From: Macrostomum lignano
Taxonomy: Eukaryota
DNA length: 64,000 nucleotides
Assembly: GCA_002269645.1 (NCBI GenBank)
Contig: NIVC01000413.1
Location: 1-64,000, forward strand
Direction of reading: 5' to 3'
Shown in pieces: positions 57,904 to 64,000 of this stretch; the first letter of the stretch is position 1; every line of letters starts with the position of its first letter. A program made the position numbers and the translations under genes. The notes beneath the pieces were generated by a model. The model was not told where the DNA came from and ran no database searches. It saw only the letters and a program-made list of their open reading frames with translations.

Positions 57904-60900
57904 ATGGAAAGTGTTAAGGACGGTAAGTAGTTTTATAGTTATCTGTCTTAGTTTAACTAAAGTGAATGTTTCATACATACATGTCCATTAATTACAGACC
58001 TCAAGCGCTCCAATATGGATCACACTAATGAGCCTCCAAGCAAACGCCAGTTCACAGGTTCTAGGATTGAATTGCGCTTCTTGATACCATCCAAGGTTAG
58101 CTTTAAAAATTATTTATGACTGGATTGTTGCTTTGATTGACCTAAAGAATTGGACAATTCCGAACCACTAGTAATTGTTAATTCCACTTTAGATGGCCGG
58201 AGTTATCATTGGCAAAGGAGGCAGCAATATTAAGAGAATGCGCGAGGAGGTAAGAAAAACTGCTTGATCTTCCATTTTCAAGTATTGCATTTCGTTCATT
58301 ATTCGAATCGTGATTACTACATTTAAAGAGCCTTGAATCTATTAGCTTAGTTTTGAAAAATAGGGTTTTTTTAGTTCATATTTTAATGCCAATCTGAAGT
58401 AAAGGCATAGAACTCGCTAGTTAGCATTTTTAGTCTACTAATTTGGTAAGAATTGGTGTGTTAATTGTCCGTGTACGAGTATTTACCATCGGTTTATTTG
58501 TATTACCAATATTGATGATTATTTATCCACCAGTGTCGCAGATTTTCATCAAACTACAGAATCTCTTTCTCAAATCTAGTAGAGCAGAGAGCACAGAAGC
58601 TCGTGTTTGCCGACGTCCCGGTCCCGTCTACCAGAAGACTTTAGGGGCTGACTGGGTGACCGATTGAATATTATTCTTGTCAGTCGCCTTGTTCCGCAAC
58701 CGTTCGGTCCACCACACCTGACTGGCAGCGCCTGTTTACTCCTATCTGCCTGGCCTACGTTTTGACTTGACCATCGGGCCTTTTATAACCTCCCTGTGGG
58801 TTTCCGGCCCGTGTACGTACGAGCGCGCGAGTCGCAGCTACATGACAGCTCTTGCGATCAGTGGCCAACCTAATTAACTAACTTGACCGTTTTGTTAAGA
58901 TTTGCATTTATTCTATATAATGCAATTATTGCAAAACTCGCTCTATTCAAATAATTCCAGGGGACCTATTGACTAATTTACTTATTGTAAATGCCTATTT
59001 TTGGCTCCTTAAGGGAGCCCACCTGCGCCTGTCTGCTACTGCCCGCGGCCGCCGACCTTAATAGCCTCCTGCCATCTCCGCCCCGTTTCTCCGCTTTCCA
59101 GTACTCCGCCAAAGTGTCCGTACCCGATTCCAATGGCCCTGAACGGTACTAGTCCCCTATTTGTTTTTTGTCTGATATTATTTTGCGTACCATGTGTTTT
59201 CATAGCAATTGTCCATTCTCTGCATCTGTTTCCCTCAACTAAGAAGAAAACATATCTCTTAAGTAAGATAAGATTAAAAATCACTCAGAAATCTAAATTC
59301 ACAATCACTGGTTTTCGCTTATTGAGTTCTTCTTAAGCAGACTTTCTTCCTCGCAACTGCTACTTTCCATCTCGCAATTGAATCATACTGTTGAGTAGCA
59401 TTAAAATATTCCTTTTTTGCAATTGAATTCGTCTAAACTGCAAAAAAACCTCTCGTCCGCTAATACTTTCTTAATTTATGGGAGCTAAATTTAGATCATG
59501 CAATAGACAGCTGCGTTCATAGTTTGCTAAACATTCCGTCCGAGTCTTGATTTATTCAAAAGCAAAGCATTTGTGGACAAAAGGTTTTGCAGTTTAGACG
59601 AATTCAACCGCGAATGGGTATATTAAAAGCTATTTTAAGCCACCTAGTTCACTTTATCCCTATTACTGATAAGAATAGGATTAGGTCCAAGCCGAAGAAA
59701 CTTCCGTTTATAGACTACTGTAAGTAAATTAACAAACCACATAGAAGTCGATAATAGCTATAAGTAGAATTACCACCGGAGTTAATAGTAGAAAAATCTT
59801 GTTACTCGTCAATGTTATAAGACTTACGCTTATCCCCCCCAAAATTCACCGACTCGCCGAATGTTCAGCGTGTTCACCCTGGAAGGCGAGCCCGACACTC
59901 TGCAGAGCATTCTGCGCGATCTATTCAACGCTTTATTGGAGGAATCTGCCGGACGCGACTCGCATCAGGGCGCCGTTAGTAGCACCGGCGAGATCGACAT
60001 GCGACTATTGGTGCACCAGTCTCAGGCTGGCTGCGTTATTGGCAAAGCTGGCGCCAAGATTAAGGAACTGCGGGAGGAGTCGCGTCTGCGAGCGCTTAAG
60101 GTTCGTAGCTTAATGTATCTGTATTCATTTTTTATTTCGGTCGCAGTGTAATTAATTATCTGGTCCTAGCGTCTAATCATATTTTGAAATCGCCCGCTAT
60201 GCCCGTCTAGTCATTAGGAATTGGTTATCAAGCCATTCTATAGCCATTGCCATTGAGAATCGCTCATCAAGCTAGTCTAGCCATTGGCATTAAGAATCGC
60301 TCATCAAGCTACTCTGGCCATTGGCATTGAGAATCGCTCATCAAGCTAGTCTAGCCATTGCCATTGAGAATCGCTCATCAAGCTAGTCTAGCTATTGCCA
60401 TTGAGAATCGCTCATCAAGCTAGTCTAGCCATTGCCATTGAGAATCGCTCATCAAGCCAGTCTAGCTATTGGCATTAAGAATCGCTCATCAAGCCAGTCT
60501 AGCCATTGCCATTGAGAATCGCTGATCAAGCTAGTCTAGCCATTGCCATTAAGAATCGCTCATCAAGCCAGTCTAGCCATTGGCATTAAGAATCGCTCAT
60601 CTCATCAAGCTACTCTGGCCATTGCCATTGATAACCGCTCATCAAGCTAGTCTAGCTAGTGATAATCGCCCTTCAGAGGTTCGATTATAACAATGATCTG
60701 TTTTTTAGAATCTTTATAACTGACCGACCACCACTGCCACAGGTGTACTCGAACCCCTGCCCGGTGTCCACCGATCGGGTTGTACAGCTGGTTGGCGCGC
60801 CTGAAGAGCTGCTGAAATCCATCCAGATGGTGTTGGAACTGCTGGAGCTGGCTCCGCCTAAAGGCCAGGTGGCCAACTATGATGCCAGAAATTTCGACGA

Positions 60901-62340
60901 ATTCAACTATGAACAGTATGGCGGCTGGATTGGCGGCGGCCAAACTCGATCCGTCCGGCCCGATGGCATCGGCAACATGGGCGGCCCAGTTGGCTACGGC
61001 GCTGCTCCGCCCCACCACATGGGCCGAGGCGGGATGCCGCCGCAGCCGGCCGCGCCTCAGGCTATGCAACGGGGCGGACCGCAGCTTGGCGGTCCTCCGA
61101 TGGGCGGCGCTATGCAGCCTGGCGCTCCGCCTCCGCCGCCTGGCGCATTCGGCGGTCCGAGGCCCGGAGCTCCGCGCGGTATGGAGACAACCCAGCAGGT
61201 GCGTAATTAATTAGGAGTGAGTGATGAGTCAACCAACTCTGGTTGTCATTGGCTCATAGATAAACTGCTATTGCTACTGATAAGTAGCATATTAAACCGT
61301 TCTGTTTCATTGCAAAACCCTAACTTGAATTAACCCAGGTATCGATCCCAGACTCGCTCACCGGCTCCATCATGGGCCGAGGCGGCCAGCGGATTAAACA
61401 GATTCGCATGGAATCTGGCGCCGATATCAAAATTGACAAGGGCGAGCCAGGCCAAGATCGGATCATTACTATTAGGGGATCGCAGGAGCAGATTCAGAAT
61501 GCTCAGTACCTGCTGCAGATGTGGTAAGTGTGTTATTTAGCTTTGCTGTTGTTCACCGATTATTATAGGCTGTCTTTGTATATTGTATGCATGTGTTGTA
61601 TGCTGTCTATATGTTGTGTACCGTTACTAAAATGGCTATTTGTTTGCACCTTACCCTCCAATATCCCCATATTCCCCCGAGTACCATATGGCTAGCCGGG
61701 CGTGGAAGACCAGTGTTTGTTGTCCCGCTGTGATATCTGACGAGAATAGAAGGAGGAAAGAAAAGAGGGCAAATTTAATAGACAATGCAGCAAATTAGTT
61801 TTGGTTTGCAGTTATCCAACTGTGCTTGTCCCGTGTTTTATCCCGTGTATTTATATTCCATACAGTGCTGCCTTTATATTCACCCCAGTGTGATGACAGA
61901 CTGAAGCATGTGTGATGTGCTAAGATTTGTACTCTTTCTGTGCAATCATCATTACTGTTATTTGCTTGCTAAATTATTTTTGTTTTTTTCTTTCCCTTTT
62001 CTATTCGTTCGTTTTGGGCCAACAATTACTGTCTTCCGCGTTTGCAGCCCCTGATCATCGAATAAGATTATTGCTCTCCCTCAACTGTCACGCACTTGCA
62101 TGTTAGCTGTTGTGTTGTCAATTAACAATTAACATACATCAGTCATTAGATTTTGCGCAATGCAAGTTAAGCAGATTTGGCCGTGGTTAGTATGAACTGC
62201 TAGAGCTGTCTTGGACTGCATGGCCACCTTGCGTATTTTATATTTCAGTTCATCTCACACCTCGATAATCCTGCTTAATCCCAAAAAATCGACCCCCCAT
62301 CTTCACTTGCAGCGTGAAGAAGTACTCCGGACAGTACTAA
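57904..62340 (+). CDS. HNRNPK: Heterogeneous nuclear ribonucleoprotein K (3 KH domains, about 372 aa); exons 57904-57922, 57998-58095, 58193-58249, 59102-59145, 59869-60100, 60743-61198, 61339-61523, 62313-62340
   Basis: ELRFLIPSK|[59 protein letters not shown]...[24 protein letters not shown] and VKKYSGQY*. Joined length is 1119 nt, in frame. Confidence 0.95.
60235..60657. repeat. 37-38-bp minisatellite, about 11 copies, hnRNP K intron 5
   Basis: Unit TCTAGCCATTGCCATTGAGAATCGCTCATCAAGCTAG. Confidence 0.95.
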
Positions 62341-64000
62341 GTCGGGATGCTGATGTCCCTCAGTCGCTGGATGAACTTGATCGACTTACGGATACACAAA
62401 CCGTGCGACTCTCGTATGACTAAAATCGATATGATCAACTGTAATTTTCATTGCATTCTGACTGTTTTGGTTCTCTAATCCAGTTTTTTGTCCCTAAAAT
62501 ATTCAATAATCGTTACTTAAAAACAGGATCACACTGCAATCTTCGCGTTTTTTGGGAATCTGGGGATCTTTGAACGCTTCTGGCACGTCGGTTTTGCCTG
62601 TTTAACTTCTCGTTCCTTTTGTTTCAAATATTCATTATGCTATATATTTTTGCGTACAACTTTTATTACGCGTGTATTTTTATATAGCTTAATAATAACT
62701 ACTTTACTAGGCGGCTATGTATGTTGTAAATTATTTAGCTAGCTACTATAGTAAACCAAGCCTCTAAATTCGGGAAAATGTGCGTAAATCCCTCTCCAAC
62801 CAAACCCCCATTTATACCAGCTGTTTGTTCCTACTTATTGTCACTTCTATAAGTAGTATAGTAAGTCCCATTTTCCCCTTAACTTTGTTTCGCAACAGCA
62901 AATATACTACCGATTTATTAAGCTGACTCCTATTCATTGTTTCGTTCTTATAATAAGTCCAAAAGTCTTCAAATAGCAACTGCAAACAAATTCACTTCGT
63001 TGTCTTTTTTCGATTTGCGTGAAAGCGACTTGACTTACTGAACTTCGCGGGAGGAGGATGCTCCTGTCAAAATGGTGATGAGGTGTCCAATTAGTATCAA
63101 ACCTATCTGACTGCCTTGGCAGAGAGTGAACATGCATTGTACACTTCTATTGCGCAGGAGAGCGTAATCTTGGCATTTTCGCGGCCGTGGCCAGTCACCG
63201 CGATGCCCAGATTATAAAAAAACGCGGTTATTAATAATACAGCTAGCTCTAAAATTGGATATACGTGTTGTATTTTAATTATAATTCTCTAATAATGTCT
63301 CTGACAAAAAATTTGATCGACTAAACGCAGTAATAACTATTCCTACGGCATATCTGCTTGCTGTATCAGTTCGATGTCTGACAGCCGGCTTGTGTACGTA
63401 GCTAGATATAGTTATTATCGAGAATATAATTGTACTTCGGACTTGGAGATGCCAAGTTCCGATCCTATAGTCGACTAGTGATTATTTCATTTCTATAAAT
63501 TTGGGAAATTGCTAAATTTGGTGCCTACGGCATGCCCCGCAACGATGCTGATATTGCATGTAACAGTGTAGAAGACAAGTACATGGTCGCATGATATGTG
63601 TGTACTGTTGTAATTTCTGTTTATATCCTAATGTATTACCGGTATATGTTATAGTGGATTTTTATGTAACTTACTGTAAATGTATGTAGCTCTTTCTTGT
63701 GAACTGATATAATGTACATGTAAAACTTTCTCGTTATTACACTTGTTTTATACCAGTGTAAATTACGAAAGGTTACATAGTCCATATACATGTTACATTT
63801 AGGATCTTGAGGCTTATAAATTAAAACTGATTCAAATTGAAAGTGATGCTAGCATGTCAGATTTTTTTAAATAATTCAGATAATTAAAAAAGCCAATTGG
63901 CTTTCACAATTAAATACGAGCATGTTTGTATTTTAATGGTTACAGTGAGACTATATATAACTATTTTTAATTCGTACGTTTAATAGATCAAAATATGAAA

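Noticed and set aside
58760-58860. Intronic H/ACA or C/D snoRNA in hnRNP K
   Set aside because: I could not identify convincing box motifs with the required hairpin spacing by eye.
1-64000. rRNA or bona fide tRNA genes
   Set aside because: None recognised. The only tRNA-like sequence (48055-47985) has a broken cloverleaf and continues into a SINE-like body.

Overview
Eukaryotic (animal) genomic DNA with spliceosomal GT-AG introns. The overall style suggests a flatworm such as Macrostomum, but that is inference only. I reconstructed eight host genes by hand: UBC9/UBE2I (with a 1-nt frameshift), a UQCC4/CCSMST1-like mitochondrial protein, a PMP22/claudin-like 4TM protein, a GPI-anchored two-domain Ly6/uPAR-like protein, an intronless matrin-type Zn-finger protein, HGD, a compact Gab/DOS-like PH adaptor and hnRNP K. 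Mobile DNA includes a RNase H-bearing LINE (1-5710), a young Mag-type Ty3/Gypsy element in intron 1 of the Ly6-like gene, a Chapaev3-like transposase relic, several MITE-like inverted-repeat elements and a putative tRNA-derived SINE. About half of the introns carry their own micro- or minisatellite. The most striking unexplained signal is a mosaic of sharply bounded, almost CpG-free blocks (about 8.3-12.0 kb, 40.3-47.6 kb and parts of 53-57.6 kb). In these blocks old repeats show C>T/G>A changes, including CpA>TpA, and the palindrome TAGGCCTA is strongly enriched. This resembles fungal repeat-induced point mutation (RIP), but in an animal. A second notable observation is one MITE family seen with both unexpanded and roughly 44-copy expanded internal repeats, suggesting transposon-seeded minisatellites. 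All counts were made by eye and need computational confirmation.
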